Origin: Saccostrea echinata
Lineage: Eukaryota
Direction: 5' to 3'
Length of the DNA stretch: 64,000 bases
Assembly (NCBI RefSeq): GCF_033153115.1
Contig: NW_026889753.1
Coordinates: 806,001-870,000 of the forward strand
The translations under genes and the position numbers were made by a program. Below the pieces are notes generated by a model. The model worked only from the letters and a program-made list of their open reading frames with translations. It made no database searches and was not told the origin of the DNA. Positions 30,001-40,555 of this stretch are shown piece by piece (within the stretch, counting starts at the first letter, position 1; every line of letters starts with the position of its first letter).

Positions 30001-33000
30001 TTTGAGATAATGAGGTTTGACTGTATTTCAGTGTGTTCTGTTCATTCTTTTCAGGCAGAGATTGGCAGAAATTTTTTAACACTCCAACTGCCCAAGAAAG
30101 GAAGCGCATGGATATGGTTAAGAAAGATTTCACAGAGGGAAAAGTGAAGCATCCTATATCAGCAACCATTAACTACATCTCAGATGACCTTCCAATGTTA
30201 CCTGGAGAGGCAGGGCTCAGGTAAAGCATATGATTTGACACTCAGTTACGGTCAGGTTAACCATATGTTGCGAATTGGCATTTACATAAATTTGCAAATA
30301 GTCAAAAATTTATAAGATAATTAGATAATAGGCTGGGAAGAGACTTTTATAGAACTTTTAATTTTTTTTTCAAATTTGAATGGTAGGTTACTACACAGAG
30401 TTAAAGTTGGAGAGAAAATGGATGAAAGTAAACATGAACAGAGGCATCAAGTGGAAGCCATTCCAGGAAAGCTGAGCTCACAGACAAAGAACGAGTAAGT
30501 CAATGTTCTGGTCCAATCACAGACAAAGAATGAGTAAGTCAATGTTCTTGTCCAATCACAGACAAAGAACGAGTAAGTCAATGTTCTGGTCCAATCACAG
30601 ACAAAGAACGAGTAAGTCAATGTTCTGCTCCAATCACAGACAAGTAAGTCAATGTTTTAGTCCAATCACAGATAAGTAAGTCAATGTTCTGGTCCAATCA
30701 CAGACAAAGAATGAGTAATTTAATGTTCTAGTCTAATCAGACAAAGAACGAGTAAGTCAATGTTCTGGTCCAATCACAGACAAGTCAATGTTTTGGTCCA
30801 ATCACAGACAAAGAATGAGTATATTAATGTTCTGGTCCAATCACAGACAAAGTATGAGTAAGTCAATGTTTTGGTCCAATCACAGACAAGTCAATGTTTT
30901 AGTCCAATCACAGATAAGTAAGTCAATGCTCTGGTCCAATCACAGACAAAGAACGAGTAAGTCAATGTTCTAGTCCAATCACAGACAAGTCAATGTTCTT
31001 GTCCAATCACAGATAAGTAGGTCAATGTTCTGGTCCAATCACAGACAAAGAACGAGTAAGTCAATGTTCTAGTCCAATCACAGACAAGTCAATGTTTTGG
31101 TCCAATCACAGATAAGTAAGTCAATGTTCTAGTCCAATCACAGACAAGTAAGTCAATGTTTTGGTCCAATCACAGATAAGTAAGTCAGTGTTCTGGTCCA
31201 ATCACAGACAAAGAATGAGTAATTTAATGTTCTAGTCTAATCACAGACAAGTCAATGTTTTGGTCCAATCACAGATAAGTAAGTCAATGTTCTGGTCCAG
31301 TCACTGACAAAGAATGAGTAAGTTAATGTTCTGGTCCTAATAACATTTTACTCTGTGTCAAGTGTGACATGGACAAAGTACACTTTTTCTTTCTCATTAA
31401 TGAGCCATTTTTTCTATCAATATTCTGTAGAAACCGTGGCCAGGCACAATATGGCATCCTGAGTATGCAGTGGATCACAGACATTCCTGTTTCAAACGCT
31501 CCCAATGTATCCACCCCTCGATTTCAACCCAGATCTGACGCAGGTTCATCATTGTCTCAGGTCACTGAGAGGTCACAGGATGTTCACACTGTGAAATCCA
31601 TGGGCAGAGAGACGTCACGTCTTCCAAGGCTTGCTCAAAAATATTCCAAAATTAACGTATCCAGGTAATTTTTTTGAAAATAAAATTAACACAATGAATA
31701 AAAATATACCAAAACCTGCTCTAGCAATCCACTGTATTCAGCAACTTCCTCTGTAATTTAATATCCTCCTAATGAAGTTCTTATTAATATATCTGCATTA
31801 AGTGACTACCTGTTTAACAAGACCAGTGATCATAATCTTACTTCCCATTATCATAGAAACTGTATTGAAAGACTTCATGAAAATTAATTTTTGGGAGATT
31901 TTTTTATTTTAAGAGTATATACGGTAAAACACGCTTATAACAAAGTGCCAGGGAGGGACAATTTTGCTTCATTATAAACATAATTTGTTACGTCCATTAA
32001 GTGCACAATATATTTTAAAGTCACAGGGAATGAAAATAACTTTACTCTAAGTGTTGCTGGAAGAAAATATGCACTAGTATCCCACTTTAATTTGCAATTA
32101 CGATAAGCCGATAGCACACATTTCTTATATCTTGGAACATGGAACTGTGAAAGTTATGGAACACACAGTTATCAAATAGGGCCTTCAAAAAATTCCCCTC
32201 GATAGATCCCTTATAAGATTAAACTGTGTTTATTTATACTATGTGTATACAAATTTTATTTCTCTGTTTTAGCAGAGAAAAATCAAGAAGAGATACAGAT
32301 GATGAGTCCTTTTATTTACCCACAATTCCTGGTGCCTACACTCCTGATTTCGTGTGGGAACACCCCCTGCCACCCCCACCTCCCCGTGAATCCAGGACAA
32401 ATATAGCATCCATCAAAAAACAGCAAGAAGAATACTGCAAATACTATAAAATGATAAAACATAACATGCAGAAATATACCTCTGTAAGTATACAGACTTA
32501 TCTCCCTTTATTTCTCTTTTTTTTTTTTCTTTTTTTTTTTTTTTTGAGCATTTCAAACCGTATGCCTGTATTTCATTCTGCATGAGTAAAATATTAAAAC
32601 TTGTTAGTATGAATCTCTATATGAGATAAATGTAAAAAAAAAAAAAAAGATACCTTAGTTTGCCACTGTCTTGTGTAAAATTTTATGGAATATCACAGAC
32701 AGACTATAATCTATTTAAATATCCCGTTTTTTGAGCTTTATTAATGGTACATTTGAATCGTGATGTTTTAAGGAATGTTTTAAAAACAATTCTTGCTTAA
32801 CGTAGAACCTACTTTGTATGACATCATATCAAGTAAACCAGTTTAGACCGTCTTTTTTATGCTAGATCCATTATGACGTCATAATTAATTTAATGTTACT
32901 TTTCCCCGTACTTTCTCCAAGACTGCCTCTTAATTGTAGGGTAAGTCAGGGTAATTTCGACCACCCTTTAATTTCGACCAAAGGAAAACAACACTACACA

Positions 33001-33955
33001 AAGATCTACGGAAGGTTGAGACAAGTTTAATTTATTCGGAATTATAGAAAACTATTCTTCAAATTGTGTGTCCTAGTGTAATTATTCATCGCAAATATGG
33101 CTTGATCAGTGATATAAAAAATATTTTTACTATTATTTATGTCTCCAGTTTGACGTCCGAAGTCCCCGTCTTCAGTGCGCTTGATTTGATCAAGGAAATG
33201 CAAGAGAGACAACTCGTACAACCTCTTTTTAAGTTTAACCTTGTTCAACAGTCTACAGCACGAATTAAATTAAAATTGTTTTATTTTTTTTTGGAATATC
33301 TTTAAGTTGCAGAATTTTACCAATTCATCTTGGATTTCTCTCAAAATGCACAAGAAACGTCCATTTGATTTTGGTCGAAATTACCCCTACTGATTTTAAG
33401 GACGCGGGGTAAATTGACCACTTTTTCTGAAATATGTGTAAGTTGTCTTTAACAGCTGTTTAAAGCAATGCAGAGTTAGATCTTCCAAAAAAAAAATGAT
33501 TATTCTGTATTTGTACAATATTATCTACATATAACCTTTTATTAAAAAAAATATGTCAGATTAATTAACATATACATGCCTAGCTACATGTATATAATTA
33601 TATTTTGCGGGCCGTTCACAAGAGTGCATCACTGATCGACGTGCAAGAGAACACGGAGTCGGCACTGGCTATGAAATAACACATGACGAGAGCAATCCAA
33701 GTTTGCAAACCCGTCAAATTAACAAAAGAGAGAATGCAGGCAATACTAAATGTATGTAAAAAAAAAAAAATCAGGTTTTTGTAATTTTTTTTTTCCTTAT
33801 TACGAATGCCTAAACTTTAGCGGATAAGACTGAGGCTATCGAAAACCAACGAACCGGTCGTATTAAGATCGTATCACACAGTCCAGGTACACAAATCCAA
33901 ATAGTACCCAAAATATCGGAACAACACACCAAAAGAACCACAACAATCTTGAAGC

Positions 33956-34006
<51 letters not shown>

Positions 34007-34054
34007 ACTATGATGTTTCACGTTATTAATGATTTGTTTGAGTTTGGGTTTTTT

Positions 34055-34088
<34 letters not shown>

Positions 34089-37000
34089 TTTAAGAGGACT
34101 TTGCTTCTGTAAATCTTTATTTAATTGACTTGATCAAATTTTTCAGGACCTATCTCTTTTAAGAATTAAAAAACACGTAAAATACGTAATACAACGCATT
34201 CCAAATGAATGTGTAAATGGTAAAAATTAGTGAAGAAAAATATACGCAATTCTACTGCTATGCTCAAACCTAATACATATATATACAATCTGAATGATTC
34301 TGTTGTGAAAAGACGGTATTAAAAAAATCTCTTTTGGGTTGGACATATCAAAAATCATATCAAAGAAATTATTTGTGGAATCTGAGAAGATTTTATCTAT
34401 TTGCATAACTATATATATCACAATTTTAAAATATAGAGTTTGCGAATTAAAAGCAGAATTTAGAATAAAGAATAAGAATTTAGATGTCCATAAGACAGCA
34501 TTGAAAAGCTTAAGTAACCCCACCCATTTCTTTACTGTATGGATACTAGTACTTATCCATTTTAATCTTTTTATTGATAGAGATAGATACATGTATTTTC
34601 TAAATAAGGCAATATAGTTTCTCGGACCATAAACTTTGAATAAAATGCGACAGTTACAGTTTACTTGCATTGCAGGGATTTTTTTACCCTTTGATTCCAG
34701 GGGCCGGGGCCGTCAAGATTGGGAAAAATAGCGATATTTGGTTGAAATTGGGAAAAATATCTTCATACAAATAAATAGGAAAAAACAAGCAAAAGTCAAA
34801 TATTTAATCATTTTTCTTATTTTTTATAGTATAAAGCTGGCTTAAACCAACTATAGTGATATGAAATAATAGCATGGCTGTTGAAGTTCAGAAGCTTAAA
34901 AATGGCAAAGCCGCAGGGTATGATAACATCGTAAATGAACATATTTATACATTGTCATCTTTTTTACCTTTATGTAAGAAGTTCTTAAGAAATAAGGTAT
35001 CATTTTAAAAGTTTTATCGGGATGTAAATACGGGTTGGTCATGTGATCAAATCCCATAAAGCCCGAAGGGCTTTATGGTAGATTTGATCACATGCCAACC
35101 CGTATTTACATCCCAATAAAACTTTTAAATGATACCTTATTACTTATATTTACATTTGTGACTGATTTATAACAGATAGTAAGGTACTAAAGTTTTAAAC
35201 CCATAAATGATTTATTTTTTTCAAAACTCAACGGTATAACTTGAATGTGTTGAACACGTCGATCACTTATGACGTCACTATGAAATTACGTAGATCGTTG
35301 ATGACTAAACAATCAATTTATGGTCACATGACGAACGTGTTTTACACAGGTGTAAAAACGCCTTGTTCAAATAGTGTTATATAAGGGAAAACATTTGCAA
35401 ATGTAAATATTTTAAAATAACATTTGATAGTGGGTTTGTTCCAGATGAGTGGTTAATCGGTATTGTTTGACCAATTTATAAGAATATAAGAGCGATTCAA
35501 CCCAGCCTGAAAATTACCGTCTTAGGCAAACTGGAGAGACTGACATGATGCACGTTTATGTTTTAGATAACTATCCCGACTTTAATTTTTAAACATCGAT
35601 CCCGCTTTAAAAAGTATGCATGCAAACATCCGTAGTATTCTGAATAACTTCTCGGAAGCCCTCGGATGGCTCGTACATCGCACATAGAGAACATAAACAC
35701 CTTTTTGTCATTATTGTATTTTAATAATTTACAACTTAATACTTTTTTCATATTGGGAATTTTTAGGTATGATTTTGGGAAAAACATGCACTTTTCAGCA
35801 TTGGGAATGGGGCCGAATTTTGGCCCCAGAGAGACCCTAAAAAAATCCCTGCATTGCAAGAGTTATCTTTCTTTTTGATGTTTGTTGTGGTCAAAATTAC
35901 CCCGAGGCCGGTCGAAATTAACCCATACAACATGCTTACTTATTTTTTAACCAATTCATTATTTTTTATGCAATTTTAACTCCTAAAGCAGAAAAATATG
36001 AAGAAAAAATCAATCTCAATTACTTTGAATCTTTTTTAAACTAGTACATTTGAAAACAGTCTTGTTTTGTGGATTGAAAGCCACAAATCAGCAAAAGTGG
36101 TCGAAATTACCCCACTCTACCCTAATGAAGTTACACAACTGTGAATGGTATGCAACTATTTTGAAGGAAAACAAAAAAACCTAAGAAATTTAAATAGTAC
36201 AATATCTTGATAAAAATGTCTCCGGGTCAAAGATCTGTTAAATATTGTGTGTAAATTTTGTAATGTCTATCATGAAATGACGTACATTCCCTTTCATAAT
36301 TATTTGTTAATTATTCATAATGTAATGTTTCCTGTAAAATATCTTTTTAAATAAAAAAAATTACATTTTTTGATAAATATTTAGATTGTAAATCTGAACG
36401 CAACTGCAAAACAGTCATTTAATAAATAAATCCTGTGTTAGTGCAGAAAGGTCAACAAAAGAAGTATTGATAAATAGAGTGTCTCTCATTCGTTTGTGGG
36501 GAAAGGTATATATTTTAATCACTTTTTGTAATTATTTGGGTATCTTCTTCACCATATTTAAGAAATAAATAACAAGTTTAAAAACTTCAATGGGAATTGA
36601 AGTGGGTCGGTCACGTGATCAAATCCTGTGAAGGCCGAAGGCCTTCTCAGAAGATTTGATCACGTACCGACCCACTTCAATTCCCATTGAAGTTTTTAAA
36701 CTTGTTATTTATTACTTATATATACATTTGAGACGGACAATCGAATGTAATCGAATATAAATATTGCACTAACTGCACGTCGTAGATTTTGACTAATTAC
36801 GCTAGGTGTAAATCGGCTTGAAAAGCGGTTACGCTTCAAATTCATCTGGCAAAGGATTCTGTTTTGAAGGGATTATTCTTTGAAAGGCTACTTGTGATCA
36901 ATTATAGTGAGCATATTGGTGTCTTGGAATTTTTGTATTCATAAGAACCCATATTCGATGTTTAAAAACACAAGAAACACGTCCGATGTTTGATAATAAA

Positions 37001-40000
37001 AAGTTGGAGGAATTGCGGTCGGAAAGGGATGGATGGAGACACTTGTCCGGACCAGATAACTTGAAATCAAGTGCAAAATTTGATCAAAACAAAAAATCTA
37101 CGATTTCAGTAAGGCATATTTATTAATTTATGATGTTGACATGGAGACACTGGCAACAGCTTACATTGTTAAGACAACGTCACAACGATCTCGATGATGG
37201 AGGTGTGCCTACCGAACTTCCAAAGTGCAGTGTTTGTCAGCTGTTTGTGGCGTGATTGCATTACATTGATATTTTTCAACAGATTTTCAAATTTATTGTG
37301 AGTGAAGTTTAATGAAGAAAAATTATAGCATTCAGAGGTCTGCGAGAAAAATAAGGGTAAACGTAGAGACTATGCAGCTCAGACATGAAACTTATAACAC
37401 GTAGTTTTCTATCATTCTCTATGTAAAATCGATCAAGAACTGTATTAAATACTCGTTTACATTGTAAATAAAATGATTATTATTTTACTTGCGTATTTTG
37501 TACATTTTTATGCATGAAAAACATGCTATATTGCTTAGTGGAGTAAGTCTTTTTATGTAGATATTACTGCGCTGTGTGATTAGGTCAAGTAATGACCTAT
37601 GACCTTCGAAAAACTTCATACAGGTATGAAGATATTTGCTTTCTGCATGTTTATATAATAGAGAGATACCACAAATGTATATATTAAAGATTGAAAACAT
37701 TCTGACAAAGACTTTTGAAAAATATATACAAATTTAGGTGGTAAATTGACTAAAAAAATATTGAGCACATTTGCCTATATTCGTTGAAATGTGGACTTAA
37801 TCTTTTATGTCAATTGAATAAAAAATAATTTATTCTTGAATAATATTGCTTAATACGGTTCAATTGATAAAGTCTATAAAAGACGATGTTTGAAGAAGTA
37901 TTGTTGTGATTTTCTATATTCTCATTATGACCAGTACCCCTAAAAATGACTGAAAATATGTAGTCGCAGTGTAAAATTATCATTCCAAGTTGCACAGGCT
38001 GCACTACATTTAATTACAAGGAAACATACCATATATTTTTATCTGATTGACAAGCGAGTGCTAATTTATCATTTTGAAAAGTTTGAAAATCTTGTGACAA
38101 AGACTTTTCCGACATAGGTTCTACCTTAAGGTAGGTCACGGGTTTGCTTTTGTCATCAATTTTGGTACACAATTTCAACAATTCGAGTGGTTGTTTTGTA
38201 TACATTTGATTATGACGTCAGTTACGTCACAAAGGCGACATTGCGTTGTTTCCTGTATAGTTCTCTGAAAATAACTTGAAGTTCATAAATAGTCTACTGG
38301 TACGAATCAAGTAGATTAATTCAAAGTGCATGCTATTGTACGTAAACCTTGTACATGTATGAACCAAGATCGGGTATTATTAAATGACAGTCTGAATTCT
38401 GATGTGATTTATGTGTAATGTCTTAGAACAACTTAATACGATAACAAATGAAAGGAATAATTTATATTGTAAGTGTTAGTAAACTGCTAAAAGTCAATCA
38501 AAATGAGTCAGCGTAAAAGTTATGGTATGCAAAAAGAAAATTATCGTAAATCTCTTAGCCAAAAGCTTGAAGGGTTCTATGTGCTCACGTAATTTGCACC
38601 TCAAAGGGAAGAGCGTACATGTATTACACCATGATTGCCAGGGCGAAACTTCTTCAGGATGGAATCAATCCTCAACACTAAAAACGGACGAAATTTAACT
38701 AAAGTAGATGTATTTTCCTGATTTTATTATTATTATTTCAATCATCATAATTATTATTTGTTTATTCTGTATTTGAATCTCGTGTAGTCACTATGTATAT
38801 GCAGGCTAACAAATTGTGAAATGCTTTTAAAATAAATTTAAACAAACACCCGGACTATCAGACCTATATGACACTGTAAACAATTTACAAGTATCAAGTA
38901 CATTTTTTTCTATATAAGAAAAGCTCTCTGTGTATAAGCCAGTTGCAAGTGTTTTACATTTTGCGTATGGAAATTTGATTGAGAGAATTCGAAATTAAGT
39001 AATGTTTGAGAGTTAGTGCTATAAACCAGCTTGCGACTCATATAGAAAGAACATTGCCGGTAACATGCCCCCCCCCCCCATTTTTCTCAGTATTGGGATG
39101 TTTTTTCTTCACCGTTTTCGAATGAAGTGATCAAATTCATGTGTTATGCCTGAAATTTTACTGAGCATGAACATCCTAAAATTATATATGAATTAATATT
39201 TTATCACTCGCCATGTTGTCGCTGCATGTTAATTCTAATACACAAGAAATGTTTAATATATATTGTTCATTCTAACTTTGTGGGCAGAATATGAATTTCA
39301 CAATACTAGTGTAAATAAGTTGCTGGTCATCCTAATATGTTTCTGCAATAAGTGAGTTGATGAATAAAATTACATTTTGCAACTATATGTCACCTTTTAG
39401 ATCTTGCATATTTCAAATGTAAAGATATTTATACTCATATGTAAACGTGATTACGTTCAACACATGACATTGTAGTCATAAATAATGCCATAAATGCAAC
39501 ATTTTGGCAATATAAAAGCAAACCTTGAAATTATTTAGCAAAAAAACTAGCGAGAAGATGTTGATTTTTTTGTCTCAGTAGTTTTAATTTTACCTCATCT
39601 GGATATTTTGAAATTCCTGACTTATTCGTCTACATCTTTAAAAAGTTATCCAACCTTTTTTAAAGAAACTCTTTCCGCAAAATTGGCTTAAAAACGTCAT
39701 TTTTCTATACATTTCAATAGTAAAGCGTAAAAATAGTACTAAAAACTACATGTATACCGCATTTACAGTTAATACAGCATTAAAACTACGTAGACAAATT
39801 TAATAAAAATTGCGCCAGATAAAATGCTATAAATTCTAGGGAACATTATATCAAATTTTCAGGATATGTTTTCTCCTAAGAATTTTTAAGCAGTAAACCC
39901 GCGACCTACCTTAATTATCTCAATTCATATGATCGTATCTCCTCAATATAATCTTTAATAATGATTATTGTCTGTGAATAAAAAAAAAATTGAGCGAGTA

Positions 40001-40555
40001 TATAACTTGATATTACAAAGCATTGGGAATGTGTTCCTGCAGGGTTTGCGATATCTGTCCAACATTTCTCTTGCCGATTATATCCATATGTCAGATAAGG
40101 CAAACACCCACCTTATAGATATTATTGATCAAGATTGGCTCTGCAGTTCTATTATATGTGCTTTATACCAGCCTTAAAATCAAACTCCATACAGTGTCAA
40201 TTCTCTGGGACTGCTTTCCCTACGAATATTGATATGGAGTTGTAGCGTAACGTAATACTGAGCTGTCTAGAGTTTGCCTTAAAATACATGTACTTTCAAA
40301 AATTTCCGGAAGGTAAAGTTTGAACTTTTAACTTTTTAAGTTTAATATGTACCAAAGTCAGTAAATTATATTCAGTATATTCATTGTGATAATATTTCTT
40401 TGCAGAATGTGCCATCACTACCCAAGGTAGACATAAAGCAAGCTATACCCACCTCTAAGCTACAGAAAAGTTTAACAAAGATGTCCAAGTTGTCTAGAGG
40501 TCCGAGTCTGTTCTTCCCCAAAATCACACTAAATCAGCTGATATCCTCCACATGA
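69..40555 (+). CDS. WDR87: Large WD40-repeat protein, WDR87-like (5' end outside window; ~35 exons, ~1,500 codons in window)
   Basis: Phase-consistent GT-AG exon chain: 69-171, 754-822, 2248-2363, 4380-4446, 4568-4617, 5977-6218, 6446-6532, 8268-8327, 8483-8572, 8672-8769, 9088-9147, 10438-10668 (or 10713), 11389-11563, 13344-13385, 14772-14920, 15222-15418, 15888-16065, 17096-17353, 18881-19010, 19310-19921, 20563-20620, 21993-22025, (23034-23066), 24780-24842, 26033-26071, 26720-26755, 27394-27467, 27676-27788, 29195-29351, 29503-29610, 30055-30220, 30387-30494, 31431-31664, 32273-32483, 40406-40555 (TGA). WD40 signature HTKRMTALDKCPLLGLFATAGEDGYIKVWN; motifs CFANARGDLLV and DGYIPNSVIR are ones I recall from WDR87-type proteins. 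Gene symbol is less certain than the gene structure. Confidence 0.8.
277..450. mobile_element. Tc1/mariner-type MITE (family also at 29850-30023 and 52564-52732)
   Basis: Shared core ATATCTC.AATACCATGGATAT.TC.A; degenerate CAGT..AA TIRs; TA flanks. Confidence 0.7.
754..2363 (+). CDS. WD40-repeat exons of WDR87-like gene (754-822 and 2248-2363)
   Basis: MTALDKCPLLGLFATAGEDGYIK|VWNRHNQLVREMYFGEPLYGLCFANARGDLLVGFQNHV; canonical AG/GT, joined in phase 0. Confidence 0.88.
926..2144. mobile_element. Non-autonomous mariner-like element
   Basis: TA|CAAGGG...TTATTGAGACATT at left; AATGTCTCAATAA GCCCTTG|TA at right. Confidence 0.65.
1756..1891. mobile_element. Palindromic head/junction of a Crypton-like element
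   Basis: Inverted arms TTTTATCCAA..GTTGTGTGTTTTT / AAAAACACACAAC..TTGGATAAAA, enclosed by a second 24-bp inverted pair and a TTAA at 1779. Confidence 0.5.
4855..5570. repeat. Satellite remnant: ~3 Cg170-like monomers joined to ~2 copies of the 147-bp monomer
   Basis: Repeated TTTGAACAAACTTGAATCTACAC..CCTGAGGATG, then ACCAAACTTGCATGGATG units identical in type to 11990-12980. Confidence 0.75.
5664..5826. mobile_element. Tc1/mariner (pogo/Tc2-like) MITE
   Basis: TA|CCATATATACTCGCCTATAAGTCG ... CGACTTATAGGCGAGTATATATGG|TA. Confidence 0.85.
7064..7938. mobile_element. Mariner-like MITE
   Basis: TIR AGGGCTGTCCAAAAAGTTCA.GGAC / GTCCATGAACTTTTTGGACAGCCCT, TA flanks. Confidence 0.85.
9136..9455 (+). 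repeat. 29/33-bp minisatellite built from a splice donor
   Basis: GATTTATATGAG|GTATCTATATTGTGTCA(GAGA) about 10 copies, degenerate copies to ~9650. Confidence 0.95.
10303..10462 (+). repeat. 40-bp tandem repeat built from a splice acceptor (4 copies)
   Basis: TTTCTGTAG|CTGGCA..CAGGTACAGATTTGAT; AGs end at 10316, 10357, 10397, 10437. Confidence 0.85.
11775..12985 (+). mobile_element. Helentron-associated element (HINE) with ~7 internal 147-bp tandem monomers
   Basis: 5' TTTAGCTCACC..hairpin..GAGC, GTCGGC microsatellite, then repeating GGTTAA.GTTTTTGGAGCAG...ACCAAACTTGCATGGATG. Confidence 0.8.
13461..14249 (+). mobile_element. HINE with Cg170-like monomers
   Basis: 5' TTTTAGCTCACCTGAGCTGAAAGCTTAAGTGAGC; 3' GTGAGCATTGTGGCCCATGGGCCTCTTGTT; internal GTGTAGATTCAAG.TTGTTCAAATCATGACCCC repeats. 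Confidence 0.88.
15222..17353 (+). CDS. Helical HEAT/ARM-like exons of WDR87-like gene (15222-15418, 15888-16065, 17096-17353)
   Basis: GC-richer exons; IRKNGLSALSVIG...ILPRLIDSS|TDIREEAAEALAALTG resembles HEAT repeats. Confidence 0.75.
17395..17871. mobile_element. Tc1/mariner MITE, longer member of the 5664 family
   Basis: TA|CCGTATATACTCGCCTATAAGTCG ... ACTTATAGGCGAGTATAAACGG|TA. Confidence 0.88.
19310..19921 (+). CDS. 612-nt symmetric (phase 1-1) acidic exon of WDR87-like gene
   Basis: Inside ORF 19282..19944; acceptor TTACAG at 19309, donor G|GTATTC at 19922; frame preserved whether included or skipped. Confidence 0.65.
20650..21633 (+). mobile_element. HINE-like element with TGACCTT-rich ~150-bp internal tandem repeats
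   Basis: About 6 repeats of TCAAACTTCATATGCTGATACATACTGATG...TGACCTTTCCTTTGACCTTGACC; 3' end CGGCGGGGCATTCACGTCCTATGGACATATTTCTAGT. Confidence 0.7.
23557..24594. mobile_element. TTAA-specific non-autonomous DNA transposon (Kolobok-like), uninterrupted copy
   Basis: TTAA|CGTAGAACCTA ... TAGGTTCTACC|TTAA; collinear with 32801-38125. Confidence 0.88.
25110..25326. mobile_element. TA-site MITE
   Basis: TACGGTAAAATCA ... TGATTTTACAGTA inverted termini. Confidence 0.55.
27776..28210 (+). repeat. ~55-bp minisatellite built from a splice donor, decaying to ~28900
   Basis: CAGTATCACTCAG|GTAATTATTTACCCTGTCAGTAGGTAATAATTAACCACAGT about 8 copies. Confidence 0.92.
28990..29222 (+). repeat. 39-bp minisatellite built from a splice acceptor
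   Basis: ACTGTCTTTCAG|ACTGAGGACATTACTACAGATTCT.TG about 5-6 copies; encodes TEDITTDSVTVFQ in frame. Confidence 0.92.
29850..30023. mobile_element. Tc1/mariner-type MITE
   Basis: TA|CAATTGAACTC..TATCTCGAA ... TTTGAGATA..GAGGTTTGACTG|TA. Confidence 0.8.
30479..31340 (+). repeat. Variable 28-39-bp minisatellite built from a splice donor
   Basis: CACAGACAAAGAACGA|GTAAGTCAATGTTCTGGTCCAAT about 24 units with internal deletion variants. Confidence 0.95.
34889..35520 (+). pseudogene. Degenerate LINE reverse-transcriptase fragment split by a Crypton-like insertion
   Basis: QKLKNGKAAGYDNIVNEHI...KKFL [insert] ITFDSGFVPDEWLIGIV*PIYKN / QPENYR. Confidence 0.8.
34985..35415. mobile_element. Hairpin-headed Crypton-like non-autonomous element
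   Basis: TTAA, ~150-bp palindrome centred on GCCCGAAGGGC, subterminal inverted repeat ATATTTACATTTG / CAAATGTAAATAT, TTAA. Confidence 0.7.
36558..37687. mobile_element. Hairpin-headed Crypton-like non-autonomous element
   Basis: TTAA, ~150-bp palindrome centred on GGCCGAAGGCC, inverted repeat TATATACATTTG / CAAATGTATATA; absent from the intact host copy (CCATATTAAAGATTG at ~24150). Confidence 0.78.
38130..39910. mobile_element. Second Kolobok-like TTAA element
   Basis: TTAA|GGTAGGTCACGGGTTTGCT ... AGTAAACCCGCGACCTACC|TTAA. Confidence 0.85.

Larger units (their letters stand above)
34673..35851. mobile_element. Unclassified TIR element (CAGGG termini) nested in 32939-36122
   Basis: CATTG|CAGGGATTTTTTTA ... 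TAAAAAAATCCCTG|CATTG. Confidence 0.8.
32939..36122. mobile_element. TA-specific (Tc1/mariner-pogo-like) non-autonomous element nested in the Kolobok-like copy
   Basis: TA|GGGTAAGTCAGGGTAATTTCGACCAC ... GTGGTCGAAATTACCCCACTCTACCC|TA; internal repeats of GGTCGAAATTACCC. Confidence 0.85.
32801..38125. mobile_element. Kolobok-like element (same family as 23557-24594) expanded by nested insertions
   Basis: Same TIRs and TTAA; its pieces 32801-32938, 36123-36561 and 37684-38125 match the intact copy. Confidence 0.88.

Noticed and set aside
30479-31340. CRISPR-like appearance of the regularly spaced repeats (also 9136-9455 and 27776-28210)
   Set aside because: No unique spacers, no cas genes, eukaryotic intron context; these are plain tandem units.
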